A stretch of DNA of 64,000 bases from Planctomycetota bacterium (GCA_052387675.1 JBQTIY010000009.1:141804-205803); one strand, 5' to 3'; positions 18,712 through 28,878 are shown, counted from the first letter of the stretch. Notes: a model not told the origin generated them from the letters alone. Numbers and translations: made by a program.

Positions 18712-19650
18712 TCAGAGCGAGGCGAGCCGCTCGCGGGCCACGGTGCAGTCGCGGGCGATCTGCGCGCGGAGTTCTGCTACGTCGGCGAAGCGCTGCTCCC
18801 GGCGGATCTGGCTGTGGATCAGGACCTCCAGGCGTTCGCCGTAGAGTTCGAGCTCGCCGCGGTCGAGCACGTGGATCTCGAAGACGGCATGCGCAGCGTC
18901 CTGGTGGAAGGTGGGGCGCAGGCCGTAGTTCATCACGGCGGGCAGATCGCCCAGCCGGCAACGCGCCGTGACCGCATAGACGCCCAAGGGCGGGAAGGCC
19001 TCGGAGCGCACTTCGAGATTGGCCGTGGGAAAGCCCAGGCTGCGACCGCGTCCGTCGCCGCGCACCACGGTGCCGAGCAGGGACATGGGGCGGCCGAGCA
19101 GGCGCTCCACTTGCGGCAGGTCGCCCGTGGCGATGGCGCGCCGCACGGCCGTGGAGGAGACGACTTCGCCGTTCACCAGCACGCCGCCCACGGCCACGAC
19201 GCGGAAGCCGTAGCGCCGGCCCGCCTCCGCCAGGAAGGCGGCGTCGCCCTGGCGATCGCGCCCGATGGCCGTGTCGTGCCCGATGACTAGCTCGCGCACG
19301 CCGAGCCGCCGCACGAGGAGTTGCTCCACGAAGACGTCCGGCGCAGTGGCGGCCAGCTCGCGCGAGAACTCCAGCACGACGAGATCGTCGACGCCGCGCG
19401 CGCTGAGCAGTTCGAGCCGGTGTTCGAGCGAGAGAATCTGCCGCGGCGCAGAGTCCGACAAGATGGCCTGCGGATGGACCGAGAAGGTGACGCAAACCGA
19501 GGGCAGGCGGTGTTCGCGCGCGGCCTCGGCCAGACGCTGCAGAATGCCGGCATGCCCCAAATGCAGGCCGTCGAAGACGCCGATGGTCACGACCGAGCCG
19601 CGGTGCAGCACCGGCAGGGCCTCGATCGAGCGCACGATCGGCCGGGTCAT
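18712..19650 (-). CDS. ribF: Bifunctional riboflavin kinase / FAD synthetase
   Basis: IGVFDGLHLGH, VSSTAVR, GRGRSLGFPTANL, GVY, GLRPTF, EIHVLD. Confidence 0.95.
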   Translation of the reverse strand: MTRPIVRSIEALPVLHRGSVVTIGVFDGLHLGHAGILQRLAEAAREHRLPSVCVTFSVHPQAILSDSAPRQILSLEHRLELLSARGVDDLVVLEFSRELAATAPDVFVEQLLVRRLGVRELVIGHDTAIGRDRQGDAAFLAEAGRRYGFRVVAVGGVLVNGEVVSSTAVRRAIATGDLPQVERLLGRPMSLLGTVVRGDGRGRSLGFPTANLEVRSEAFPPLGVYAVTARCRLGDLPAVMNYGLRPTFHQDAAHAVFEIHVLDRGELELYGERLEVLIHSQIRREQRFADVAELRAQIARDCTVARERLASL

Positions 19651-19691
19651 GGCAATGGGACCGGAGGGGCGTCGCTCAATCGGCGCTGGCC

Positions 19692-20231
19692 TCAGCCGGC
19701 GCTGGCGACGCGGGCCGTCAGCTCCTCGAGTTCGCGCCGCCAGCGGATGCGATCCACCGGGCTCATGCGGTGCACGAGCAGCACGCCATCCAGATGGTCG
19801 AGTTCGTGCTGCACGATGCGCGCCGGAAAGTCGTTCAGATCGCGCTCGTGCGGCTGGCCCTGCAGATCCTGCCAGGCCACGCGCACGCCCGCCGGGCGCT
19901 CCACCTCCACGAAGATTTCCGGGAAGGAAAGACAGCCCTCCTCGGCGGTGGCCTTGCCCCAGCGCTTGATGAGGCGCGGATTGACGAGCGTGAGGGCCTC
20001 CTCGGCGTCCTTGGCATCGCCGCTGGGGTTCAGCACAAGCACGCGCGCGCCCCAGCCGGCCTGGGGGGCGGCCAGGCCCACGCCGTGCTCGGCATACATG
20101 ATTCCGAACATCTGCTCGGCGCGCTCGGCGAGCGTGGCGTCGAAATCCACCACCGGCTGCGCCGGCTTGAGCAGCACCGGATCGGGGTAGAGGCGAAGCG
20201 AAAGTTGCAGGGGCGCGGTCATCGCCGTCAT
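19692..20231 (-). CDS. def: Peptide deformylase
   Basis: GVGLAAPQ, EGCLS, QHELDHLDG. Confidence 0.96.
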   Translation of the reverse strand: MTAMTAPLQLSLRLYPDPVLLKPAQPVVDFDATLAERAEQMFGIMYAEHGVGLAAPQAGWGARVLVLNPSGDAKDAEEALTLVNPRLIKRWGKATAEEGCLSFPEIFVEVERPAGVRVAWQDLQGQPHERDLNDFPARIVQHELDHLDGVLLVHRMSPVDRIRWRRELEELTARVASAG

Positions 20232-20275
20232 TATGGCATAGCCACATGCGGCTCCCGTGGCGCCGGACCGATGCG

Positions 20276-21610
20276 ATGGATGTGACGCGATTCCTGGAGA
20301 AGGCCGAGGCGGCGGTGCGGCGAGCGCCCGACCAGGCCATCGCGCTCTACCGGCAAGTGCTCGTGGCCGAGCCGACCAATGCGGCGGCGCGCGGCGGGCT
20401 CTTGGCTGCGTACCGGCGTCGCGCTGAACTGAAGAATGGGCCCTCGCTGCTGGATCGCGCGGCAGCCAAGTCGCTCTACGCGGCCGCGCTGGGCCTGCGC
20501 GGCAGCAAGCGCTGGGCGGCGGTGGTCAAGAGTTGCGATAGCGCGCTGGAAAAGGCCCCGGCCGACGCCGCGGTGGTCACGCTGCTGGCTGAGGCACTCG
20601 AAGCGCTGGGACAGAAGGAAGCGGCGCTGGCGAGTTGGCTCGCCGTCCTCAAGGAGGATGCCGAGAGCGTGCTGGCGCTCAAGAGCGCCGGGCGCCTGCA
20701 CTACGAGCTCAAGCAAGTGCAGCAAGCCACGGAGTGCCTGGAGCGCGCGCACGCGCTCGACCGCCATGATCCGGATGTCGAGCGGCTGCGGCGCAATCTT
20801 GCGGCCGAAGGCACGCTGGCCAACAGCCGCTACGAGACGGCGACGTCCTCGCGCGATGTGCTCAAGAATCCGCAACTGCTCAAGCGGGCCGAGGCCTCCT
20901 CGCGGCTGCATCGCACCGAGGCCGAGCGCGCCGAGGATCTGGAGAGTCTGCGCAGCGCGGCGGCGGCGGCACCGCGCGATGCGGATCTGCGCCGGCGCTT
21001 CGTGAAGGCCCTGCAGGCTGCCGGACGCCACGCCGAGGCGCTGGCCCTGCTCGACGCGGCTCTGCAGGCCACGCCTCAAGATGATGGGCTCTCGGATCTG
21101 CGCGGCGAAGTGGCCCTGGCTGGCAAGGAGGCCGAGCTACAGGCCGCCCGGGCGGCCGGCGACGAAGCGGCCCTGGAGCGTCTGCGCGGCGAGCAGCGCA
21201 CGCTGGAGATCGACGAAGCGCTGCGGCGCGTACGCCAGAATCCGGCCGAGGCCGCCGGGCGCCTGCGCTTGGCCAAGATCCTCTACAAGGCCGGGCGCAT
21301 CGATGAGGCGCTGGAGCACTTCCAGGCCAGCGTGACCGACCCCCGCTTCAAGCTCGAGAGCCAGCAGGGCCTGGGCGCCTGCTTCTTCCGCAAAGGGCTT
21401 TTTCCGCTGGCCGCGCGCCAGTTTGAGGCGGCACTGCAAGCGGCGGGGGGCGTGGCCGGCGAGCGCGGCAAGGAGATTTGTTACCATTTGGGGCTTGTCT
21501 CCGAGCGCATGAATGACCGCCCGGGGGCGCTGGCCCGCTATCTGGCCGTCTACGAAGTGGACATCAACTTCCGCGACGTGGCGCGCAAGATCGAGGACCT
21601 GAAGAACTGA
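20276..21610 (+). CDS. TPR-repeat protein
   Basis: Multiple TPR-like helical repeats; C-terminal YHLG...YEVDINFRDV. Confidence 0.75.
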   Translation: MDVTRFLEKAEAAVRRAPDQAIALYRQVLVAEPTNAAARGGLLAAYRRRAELKNGPSLLDRAAAKSLYAAALGLRGSKRWAAVVKSCDSALEKAPADAAVVTLLAEALEALGQKEAALASWLAVLKEDAESVLALKSAGRLHYELKQVQQATECLERAHALDRHDPDVERLRRNLAAEGTLANSRYETATSSRDVLKNPQLLKRAEASSRLHRTEAERAEDLESLRSAAAAAPRDADLRRRFVKALQAAGRHAEALALLDAALQATPQDDGLSDLRGEVALAGKEAELQAARAAGDEAALERLRGEQRTLEIDEALRRVRQNPAEAAGRLRLAKILYKAGRIDEALEHFQASVTDPRFKLESQQGLGACFFRKGLFPLAARQFEAALQAAGGVAGERGKEICYHLGLVSERMNDRPGALARYLAVYEVDINFRDVARKIEDLKN

Positions 21611-21643
21611 CCCTTCCCCGGAATCTGGAATCGGATCGCTCTC

Positions 21644-21913
21644 ATGCCTACCAGCCTGTCCTCCGCCAAGCGCGTGCGCCAGAACGCCAAGCGCAAGCTG
21701 CTCAACAAGCAGAAGATCTCGGCCGTGAAGACCACGACCAAGAAGCTCGAAGCTGCGATCAAGTCGGGTGACGCCAAGGTCACGGCGGCCCTGCTGAACG
21801 AGGCCTATCAGCGCATCGACAAGGCGGCTGCCCGTCGCGCGCTTCATCCCAACACGGCGGCGCGGCGCAAGGCGCTGCTCGCGCGGCACGCTGCCAAGCT
21901 CGCCAAGAGCTGA
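21644..21913 (+). CDS. rpsT: 30S ribosomal protein S20
   Basis: SAKRVRQN...IDKAA..LHPNTAARRKA. Confidence 0.95.
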   Translation: MPTSLSSAKRVRQNAKRKLLNKQKISAVKTTTKKLEAAIKSGDAKVTAALLNEAYQRIDKAAARRALHPNTAARRKALLARHAAKLAKS

Positions 21914-21964
21914 GGACTGCGCAGCCCGGGGCCGACGGCCCTGGACCGCGCGACGAGGGCCGGG

Positions 21965-22480
21965 CTAGCGGGCTGTCGGCCGGTGCAGCGGCACGTGCGC
22001 CGCCACGAAGGCGCGCTTCTTGCGCGCGTAGACCGGGATCATGCGGGCCGCGCGCTCAGCGCTCCAGCCCTCAAACTCGATCATGTAGAGCGCGCCGAAG
22101 ACTCGCGCGCGGCCCGAGCCGTGCCGGCAGTGAATCAGCACCGGGCGCTCGGTGCGCTCCAGGATCTGCACGAACTGCGCCAGCGTTTCGGGCTGCGGGA
22201 CCTGCTTGGCCGCTAGGTGCGTGTGCGTCACGCCGAGCTTCTGCAGGACCTGTTTTTCGCGCTCAATGCGGTCGAGATTGCGGCGCAAGTCGATGACCGA
22301 GCGGATGCCGTGACGGCGGACGGCGGCCGTGAGCCGGCGCTCGGAGAGCTCGCCGGAGCGGTAGGCGCGGCCGGGAACCAGCGTGGTGAAGCGCTTGGCG
22401 ACGTAGATCCAGTGGCCGCGCGCCAGCAGCCCCGCCGCGCCGAGCGCCCCGAGGCCTAAGAGCCAGGGGTCACCGCTCAC
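21965..22480 (-). CDS. Protein-tyrosine/dual-specificity phosphatase-like protein with N-terminal anchor
   Basis: YRSG, VIDLR, PVLIHCRHGSGR (CX5R); GTGA overlap with upstream gene. Confidence 0.8.
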   Translation of the reverse strand: MSGDPWLLGLGALGAAGLLARGHWIYVAKRFTTLVPGRAYRSGELSERRLTAAVRRHGIRSVIDLRRNLDRIEREKQVLQKLGVTHTHLAAKQVPQPETLAQFVQILERTERPVLIHCRHGSGRARVFGALYMIEFEGWSAERAARMIPVYARKKRAFVAAHVPLHRPTAR

Positions 22481-24504
22481 GCGCGCACCGCCGCGCGCCC
22501 GCCGTGCAACAGAAAGCGCGAGGCTTCGAGATAGCCGCGGCACAGGCGCGTCAGGCGTGCCGCATCGCTCGGGTAGCGGCTGCTCACGTCGTCGCAGGGC
22601 TGCTCCGAGCGGTAGCGGTAAAGGGCCGTGCTGCCCGAGGGTTGCAAGCAGAGGAAGAACTCGTTGCTCACCAAACCGAGCCGCGGCACGGCGCGCACGA
22701 AGGCCAGCCGCTCGCCGCCGGCTTCGAAGATGTCGCGGCCCAGCGTGGCGTTCTCATAGGGCAGTCCCGCCAGGCTGGCTGCGGTGGGCAGCACGTCGAG
22801 CGAACTCGCCACGGCCTCGATCTCGCGGGCGGGGCCCAGCAGCGCCGGAGCATGAATCACCATGGGCGTGTGCACGTGCGTCAGGCCGAGCCGCTCCCAA
22901 GGGATGTCGTGCGGCGCCGCCGCCCCATGGTCACCGATGGTGAAGAAGATCGTGTTGCGATACCAGTCCTGGCGCTTGGCGGCCTCGAAAAAGGCGCCGA
23001 TGGAATGGTCCATGAAGCGGAAGGAATTGAACTCGGCCAGCGAGTCGAAGCCGTTGGCGTGCAGCTCGGGCGTGGGGACGTCGCGCAACTGAAAGCCGCG
23101 GTTGTCCTCGGGGATCGTCCAAGGCCGGTGGTTGCCCGAAGTGTGCAAAAAAGCCACGAAAGGGCGGCTGCGCTTGCTGAAGGCCTCGCCCGCCTCCAAG
23201 AGCAGATGCAGATCGGAGACGCCCCAGCCATCCACCGCCGGCGCGACGAAGGACTTCTCCTCGAACAGCTCCATGTCCGAGATGTTGTGCGAGAGCACAC
23301 CGCGGATATTGCCCCAGCTCGCGCTGCCGCCGATGAAATACATCTTGTCGTAGCCGGTGAAGGCGTTCACCAGCGTGTGCTGCTTCACGACCATGGGGTT
23401 GCGCGAGGCCGAGTGCACCGGATTAACGTCGGGGATGCCGGTGAGCAGCGTGAAGATCGCGCGCGCCGTGGGCGAGCTGAAGGCGAAGAAGTTCCGGAAG
23501 AGCAGCGAGTCCCGGGCCAGGGCGTCGAAGTGGGGCGTGGGCGAGAGACGGTTGCCGAAGGCGCCGATTTTGTAGCCGGCGTGCGACTCCAGGACGATCA
23601 CCACGATGTTCGGCGGGCGGCCCGCTGCACTGCCGAGTGCGCTGTTCGTCGCGCTGCCGGGAGCACCGACCAGCGCGCGAGGCCCGTCGGCAGGCTCGCG
23701 CGGCCGGGCCGGCACGCGGCGCGTGAGATCCAGCGTCTGCGTGTCGGGCTGCGCCACGCCCAGGACCGCGGCCAGCTCGCTGTAATGCTCGCGCAGTGCG
23801 GCCGGGTTGGCCCGCGCATGCCGGTTGGGCCAAGTGGACTGCAGGAAGAGCACCGGATTGAGTCCGAGTGCCGCCACGAAGGGACTTGTGCTGAAGAAAG
23901 CATCGCTCCAGCGCAGCGGGAACTTCGTGGCGCGGCCATGCAGGCCGGCGATGACCAGCAGCCCCGTGACCAGCCACCACGGCCAGACGGCGCCCGCGGG
24001 ATCCGGCGCGGCCCGCGCCGCGCCGAGTGCCGCCCAGCAGGTCCAGCCATAGGCGGCCAGCGCGGCCAGAAAGACCAGCGCGCCGCGCAGCAGGGGGAAG
24101 CTCTCCCAGGCCGTGCGCAGCGCGATCGACGGCACCTCGATGTTCTCCACCACGGTGGCGTTCAGCCGGCAGTGCAGATAGCTGTAGTGGGCCACATCGA
24201 CGAGATAGATGAGCGTGACCGCGAACCAGGCCGCCAGCAGCAGAGCCCACCACACAGTGCCGGCCGCCGCGGAGGCACTGGCGCCCACGACAGGCAGCCA
24301 GCCCAGCACGAGCAGCGGCAGCGCCAGCAGAAGTGCGAGGCGCAGATCGAGACGCAGGCCGATGCCCAGCGCCTTGAGGAGTTCAGCGCGCCCGGCGCCC
24401 GGTCCCGTGCTGCGAAAGCCCGCGAAGAAGGCGGCTCGATAAGCCGCCAACCAGCCCAGGTTGAGGAGCGCAACGCTCCAAAACGCGAGCAAAGCTCGGC
24501 TCAC
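22477..24504 (-). CDS. LTA-synthase-family (alkaline phosphatase superfamily) membrane protein
   Basis: About five N-terminal TM helices; PNIVVIVLES, catalytic Thr in SPTAR, NHRPW, GDHG. Confidence 0.85.
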   Translation of the reverse strand: MSRALLAFWSVALLNLGWLAAYRAAFFAGFRSTGPGAGRAELLKALGIGLRLDLRLALLLALPLLVLGWLPVVGASASAAAGTVWWALLLAAWFAVTLIYLVDVAHYSYLHCRLNATVVENIEVPSIALRTAWESFPLLRGALVFLAALAAYGWTCWAALGAARAAPDPAGAVWPWWLVTGLLVIAGLHGRATKFPLRWSDAFFSTSPFVAALGLNPVLFLQSTWPNRHARANPAALREHYSELAAVLGVAQPDTQTLDLTRRVPARPREPADGPRALVGAPGSATNSALGSAAGRPPNIVVIVLESHAGYKIGAFGNRLSPTPHFDALARDSLLFRNFFAFSSPTARAIFTLLTGIPDVNPVHSASRNPMVVKQHTLVNAFTGYDKMYFIGGSASWGNIRGVLSHNISDMELFEEKSFVAPAVDGWGVSDLHLLLEAGEAFSKRSRPFVAFLHTSGNHRPWTIPEDNRGFQLRDVPTPELHANGFDSLAEFNSFRFMDHSIGAFFEAAKRQDWYRNTIFFTIGDHGAAAPHDIPWERLGLTHVHTPMVIHAPALLGPAREIEAVASSLDVLPTAASLAGLPYENATLGRDIFEAGGERLAFVRAVPRLGLVSNEFFLCLQPSGSTALYRYRSEQPCDDVSSRYPSDAARLTRLCRGYLEASRFLLHGGRAAVRA

Positions 24505-26099
24505 TTGGAGCCGATGACGGTGTCGTAGCGGCTATAGACCTCGAGGGTCAGGCAGAGCAGCGCGGTGGAGTAGACGCGGCCGCCCTCGCTGCCCCAAGGA
24601 TCTTCCTGAGGATCCCAGGAGCCGGCGCGCTCACCCACTTTGTGCTGGGTGTCCACGACGGCCGGTTTGATGGTGGTTTCCCACGACTTCCAGGGATTTC
24701 CGCCGACCTGGTACAGGGCGTAGGTGCCGTAGTACCAGTAGTAGTAGTCACGCCGCCCTTCGAAGCCATCCTTCCAAACGGGCGGCAGCTTGAGCATGAG
24801 CGCGGCGCCCTTGTCGATGAGTTCCTTGTTGCCCGGGCGCTTCAGCTCCGGGTCGGCGAAGATGCGGCAGAGCACGCCGACCGCCGTCATGGACTCAGAC
24901 TGATCGTAGGGCCAGTTCTCGGTCATGAAGCCGTCTTCGCGTGCCGGTCCGCCGCCGCGGCTGTAGTAACCCGTGCGGCCGGTCGCCGGATCCGTCATCT
25001 CTTCCAGGAAGAGCATCGCGTCTTCCAAGGCGGTCTGGTCGAAGGGCAAGCCGAGCGTGCGGTACTCCTTGGCCATGGTCATCGACATGATGGCCCAGCC
25101 CGTGACCGACATGTCGTTTTCCTTGCCCGGTCCCATCTGGTCGTTGAAGGCCGGGTAGCGCCAAGCCGCATTGGGATTGCGGATCTTGTACATGTGCTTG
25201 AGGGCCTTCTCAGCCGGACCCTTGAACATGCGATGGCCCTTGCTGAGGGCGCAAGCCTCCACGACGGCGAGCGTGGCCAGGAGATGGTCATAGGTGTGCT
25301 GGGGCTTGGTCTCCACGCCGAAGTTGCCGTCCGGCCCCTGGTTGTCGATCAGGTACTTCAGCCCGTTCTTGACCGTGGCCTTGTAGTTGCCGACGGTGTT
25401 GGTATTGCCCGCACCGAGGAAGGCCAGCAGTGCCAGGCTCGTGACGCCCACATCGAACTGCGGGTCGCCCAGGCCATCGCAAGAGGGCACATCGTCAGGC
25501 AGCTTCTCGTCGCGCTGCTTGCCGCACTCGGTGTCGAAGGCTGCGCAGGACCAATGCCCGTCGTCCAGGCTCTGGTGGTTCTTCAGCCACTTGAGCGCCA
25601 GCTCGACGGAGGCGTTCACAGCCTCACCGCCCGGCTTGCCGCCGCCACGCCCGCCGAGCTTGCCGCCACTGCCGCCGATTCCGCCGCCGCCGGTGCCCAG
25701 CACGTCGTTCATGCTGGCATTGTCGAAGTCGCTCACCGGGCCCTGGATGAGATCTTCCATGGGGATGTCTTCGACGTCAGTCGGGTTCTCTGTGATCGCC
25801 GGCTCTTCGACCACTTCCTTGGGCTTCTCCATCTCCGGCGGCGGGGGCGGTGGAGGCGGAGGCGGCAACTCCTCGACCACGTTGCTCTCGGCCTTGAGCG
25901 TGGGGCCCTTCAAATCATCGGGACGCTGGTTGCCGGTGATGAAGACGATGCCCAGCAGGATGTGGATCACCGCGGAGATGACCAAGTACGGCGAGCTGCG
26001 CAACAGATCGCGCAGAGTCTCTTCGAAACTCTTCGGCTCCTGGAAACCCACTTGGTGGGACTTCTGGAACACCAGCTCCGGATAGGCGTTTTCAGCCAC
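24501..26099 (-). CDS. Membrane-anchored prenyltransferase/squalene-oxidase-repeat protein with Pro-rich linker
   Basis: TM helix, poly-Pro, Gly-rich linker; ALKWLKNHQ..DGHW, TSLALLAFLGAG, YYWYYGT, GSWDP, GGRVYSTAL. Confidence 0.8.
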   Translation of the reverse strand: MAENAYPELVFQKSHQVGFQEPKSFEETLRDLLRSSPYLVISAVIHILLGIVFITGNQRPDDLKGPTLKAESNVVEELPPPPPPPPPPEMEKPKEVVEEPAITENPTDVEDIPMEDLIQGPVSDFDNASMNDVLGTGGGGIGGSGGKLGGRGGGKPGGEAVNASVELALKWLKNHQSLDDGHWSCAAFDTECGKQRDEKLPDDVPSCDGLGDPQFDVGVTSLALLAFLGAGNTNTVGNYKATVKNGLKYLIDNQGPDGNFGVETKPQHTYDHLLATLAVVEACALSKGHRMFKGPAEKALKHMYKIRNPNAAWRYPAFNDQMGPGKENDMSVTGWAIMSMTMAKEYRTLGLPFDQTALEDAMLFLEEMTDPATGRTGYYSRGGGPAREDGFMTENWPYDQSESMTAVGVLCRIFADPELKRPGNKELIDKGAALMLKLPPVWKDGFEGRRDYYYWYYGTYALYQVGGNPWKSWETTIKPAVVDTQHKVGERAGSWDPQEDPWGSEGGRVYSTALLCLTLEVYSRYDTVIGSK

Positions 26100-26197
26100 G
26101 GCCGTCTGCTCTCGAGGGTTCGTTCGGGGGACCCGTCGCGGCTCGGAGCGCACCAACCGTTCCGCACCGACCAAGTCGAGCGATTCTAGGTGTCGCT

Positions 26198-27262
26198 CTA
26201 GGGCTTGGCAACAGCCTCGAAGAGGTCACGCGGCCAATAGGTGGACTGCTGGGCCAGTGAGCGGACCAGGTGTTGGCGCGCCTGGGCCAGGTGCTGGCCC
26301 TGAATCTGGTTGCGCAGCCGCTCCTGCCACTCTGAAAAGAGCGCCGCGCGCGCCGGTTCGCGCCGCACGAGCCGCAGAACGGCGGCGCCCTCGTCGGCGC
26401 TGTGCGCCTGCAGGCTCCCTGGCGGCTCCTCGCGCAGGAAGCGAGCGACCTCGGCGGGAAAGACCTCGTCCAGTACCGCCAGAGGGATTTCTCGCTCCAA
26501 AGGCAGGCGGCTGGGCGGCTGGCCGGCCAGCAGGGCGGCCTGCAGTGCCTCCGCCTCGGCAGCATTCAAGCAGGGATGCAGCTCGACGAGCACGCGCTCC
26601 GGCAGGCCGAGTTCCTCGCGGCGAGACTGGAACATCTCCTTGATCTGCGCGGGCGTCACCGCCACGTTGCGCGAGAGCAAGGGGTCGGGCGCGATGGCCT
26701 CACGCAACTCGGCCCGCAAGCCGACGCGGTGCATGAGATAGAGGTCGGCCAGCACCATGCGCCGGGCGAGTTCGCGCTGCCGATCGAGTGTCGTGCCGTT
26801 CTCGGCGGCCAGCGCAACAAAGTCCGGCTTCTCGCCGAAGCGCTGCTCGAGGAAGCCCTCGACGTCTCGGTCGGTGAGTTCGACGCCCAGTCGGCGCGCC
26901 TCGCCGGCCAGCAGCACCTCTTCCGCGATGCGACGTCGCGCTTCCAGCAGCACAAGCTCCAGCGGTGCCTCGGGAGCCTCCTCGGCGAAACGCCGCGCGA
27001 CGAGCGCGATGTCTTCATCCGTGATCGAGAGTCCGTTGACTGTGGCCGGGCGCGCCACGCGCGCGGTGGACTCCGTCGGGGCGGCTGAGCCTGCGGGAGC
27101 GGGTGAACTGGCAGGAGCGGGTGAACCGGCAGGAGCGGGTGAACCGGCCTCCTGCGCGGCGGCCGCGCTCGGCCAGAACATGACGGCCGCGACAAGCCCG
27201 ACCAGCGCACGGTGGGCGAGGCGGGCCACAGCAAGGGGCGGGGAGGGTGCACGACGTGGCAT
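26198..27262 (-). CDS. SurA/PrsA-like exported chaperone-domain protein
   Basis: Signal peptide; ATVNGLSIT, LLAGEARRLGVELTD, VTPAQIKEMF; AGSPAP-like 18-bp repeats near N-terminus. Confidence 0.6.
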   Translation of the reverse strand: MPRRAPSPPLAVARLAHRALVGLVAAVMFWPSAAAAQEAGSPAPAGSPAPASSPAPAGSAAPTESTARVARPATVNGLSITDEDIALVARRFAEEAPEAPLELVLLEARRRIAEEVLLAGEARRLGVELTDRDVEGFLEQRFGEKPDFVALAAENGTTLDRQRELARRMVLADLYLMHRVGLRAELREAIAPDPLLSRNVAVTPAQIKEMFQSRREELGLPERVLVELHPCLNAAEAEALQAALLAGQPPSRLPLEREIPLAVLDEVFPAEVARFLREEPPGSLQAHSADEGAAVLRLVRREPARAALFSEWQERLRNQIQGQHLAQARQHLVRSLAQQSTYWPRDLFEAVAKP

Positions 27263-27314
27263 GAGATGACTCACCGTACCGCACGGCTCAGCGCGACCGC
27301 TACAATCCGCGCCC

Positions 27315-28841
27315 ATGAGCGGCCGAGTGTGGCGTTGGGCCCGGGCCAGTCTCTTTGCGCTCGCGCCGCTGCTCCTGCTCGTGCTCCTGCTGGAGCTGGG
27401 TCTGTGGGCCGCTGGCCTGGGCAGTCCCGACTCCAGCCTCTCGCTCACGCGCGGTTTTGATCCGCGGGCGCCCTATCTGCTGCCCGTCGCCGATCAGCCG
27501 GGCGCCTACGTCACCCAGATGTTCGAGGGCTCGGCGCCCGAAGTGCACATTCCCCCCAAGGGCGAGCGCCTGCGCGTGCTCATGTTGGGCGGTTCGAACA
27601 CGCAGGGTTTTCCGCGCGCCTGGCTCGAGGAGCAGCTCAACGCACGCGCCCCCGAACCTGGTTTCGAAGTCATCAACTTGGGGCGACAAGGCTACGGCAG
27701 CGAACGCGTGGCCATACTCGCCGCACAGGCCAGCGTGCTCGAGCCGGACGTACTGCTGGTTTATCTGGGGCACAACGAATTCGTTGAGGCGGGTTTCATG
27801 CTGGAGCTCGTGCGGCAGTGGGGCGATGCGCGCCTCATGCGGCTGGGCGCGGCCCTGGCGCACTTGCGCACGCTCAACGTGCTCACTGGCCTGCTGCGGT
27901 CGCCGGCGCGCGCGCCTGAGCCGCGCAGCAAGCGCAGCGAGGAGTTTCGCGAGCTGCACTATGCCCAGACGCAGGCCTTTTACCGGCAATACCGCGAACG
28001 CGTGCGGGAGCTGTGTCGCCGTGGGCTGGCCGACGGCGCCGAAGTCGTGCTCAGCACGGTCGTGTGGAACCACTTCGATCCGCCGACGGTGGTGAGCGTG
28101 GATCCGTGGCTCGCTCCGGCGCAGGCCCAGCGCGTCAAGCAGCTCTGCGCCGCGGCGGCGGCGGCGATTCCGGAGCGCTTCGCCAGGGGCGTCATTCAGC
28201 GTGCGCCGCTGGACGAGATCGTGCGCCTGCGTCCCGAAGCTTGGGGCGAGGCCATTGCTCCCGAGGAGCGGAAAGCGCGTCGCGCGCACAGCGCTGCGCA
28301 GCCGGTTCCCAGCCTGCGCGCACTCAGCGGGGCCTTTGCCGGAGGGCCTTTCTGGCTGGACAGCGCACTCTGGACCGAGCCGGTGCACCAGCTCCTCGCG
28401 ACCCACGCGGCCTTCTTCGAGCGCAGCTTGCTGCCCGGCGAAGCCGAGGCCCTCTCCGCAGCCATCGCCTCGCTCGAGGAGGCCCTGGCCTTGAGCCCCG
28501 ACCATCCGCAGTCGCTCTTTCAGCTCGGCTGGTGCCTCTGGCTCGCCGGCCAGGACGATGCGCGCGCTGCGAGCCTGTTGCGCGAGGCAGCCCGCTTCGA
28601 TCGCGCGCCCACGCACGGCAACGATGCGACGAATGACATCCTGCGCGAGATTGCCGCCGAGCTGCCGCGCGTGCACTTCGTCGACACCGAAGCCGCCGTG
28701 AGCGCTTGCCATCCCCAAGGCCTCGTCGGCCTGGAGATCATGCTCGACAACTGCCATCTCCATTCGCCGGCCAGGCCGCTGCTCTTGGAGGGGTCGCTGC
28801 CGGCGCTGCTTGAAGCCGGGCGGCGCGCAGCTCTGCGTTAG
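27315..28841 (+). CDS. Membrane-anchored SGNH/GDSL hydrolase-like protein with TPR
   Basis: N-terminal TM; blocks LGGS, NLGRQGYGS, YLGHNE, DNCH; TPR near 28470-28600. Confidence 0.7.
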   Translation: MSGRVWRWARASLFALAPLLLLVLLLELGLWAAGLGSPDSSLSLTRGFDPRAPYLLPVADQPGAYVTQMFEGSAPEVHIPPKGERLRVLMLGGSNTQGFPRAWLEEQLNARAPEPGFEVINLGRQGYGSERVAILAAQASVLEPDVLLVYLGHNEFVEAGFMLELVRQWGDARLMRLGAALAHLRTLNVLTGLLRSPARAPEPRSKRSEEFRELHYAQTQAFYRQYRERVRELCRRGLADGAEVVLSTVVWNHFDPPTVVSVDPWLAPAQAQRVKQLCAAAAAAIPERFARGVIQRAPLDEIVRLRPEAWGEAIAPEERKARRAHSAAQPVPSLRALSGAFAGGPFWLDSALWTEPVHQLLATHAAFFERSLLPGEAEALSAAIASLEEALALSPDHPQSLFQLGWCLWLAGQDDARAASLLREAARFDRAPTHGNDATNDILREIAAELPRVHFVDTEAAVSACHPQGLVGLEIMLDNCHLHSPARPLLLEGSLPALLEAGRRAALR

Positions 28842-28878
28842 GGGCCCAGCCTTGGGCTCAAGGCCCGCGGCTGAGGCT

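Noticed and set aside
18665-18720. tRNA-Phe as an integration site
   Set aside because: Directly followed by the convergent housekeeping gene ribF; no integrase or duplicated tRNA end seen
18712-20340. 542-aa ORF suggesting an N-terminally extended RibF
   Set aside because: The extension overlaps def in another frame and is Arg/Gly/Ala junk; RibF similarity begins near ATG 19650
27095-27150. GGAGCGGGTGA repeats resembling the tRNA-Gly 3' end (possible att site)
   Set aside because: Only an 11-nt match, explained by in-frame 18-bp repeats encoding AGSPAP in a linker
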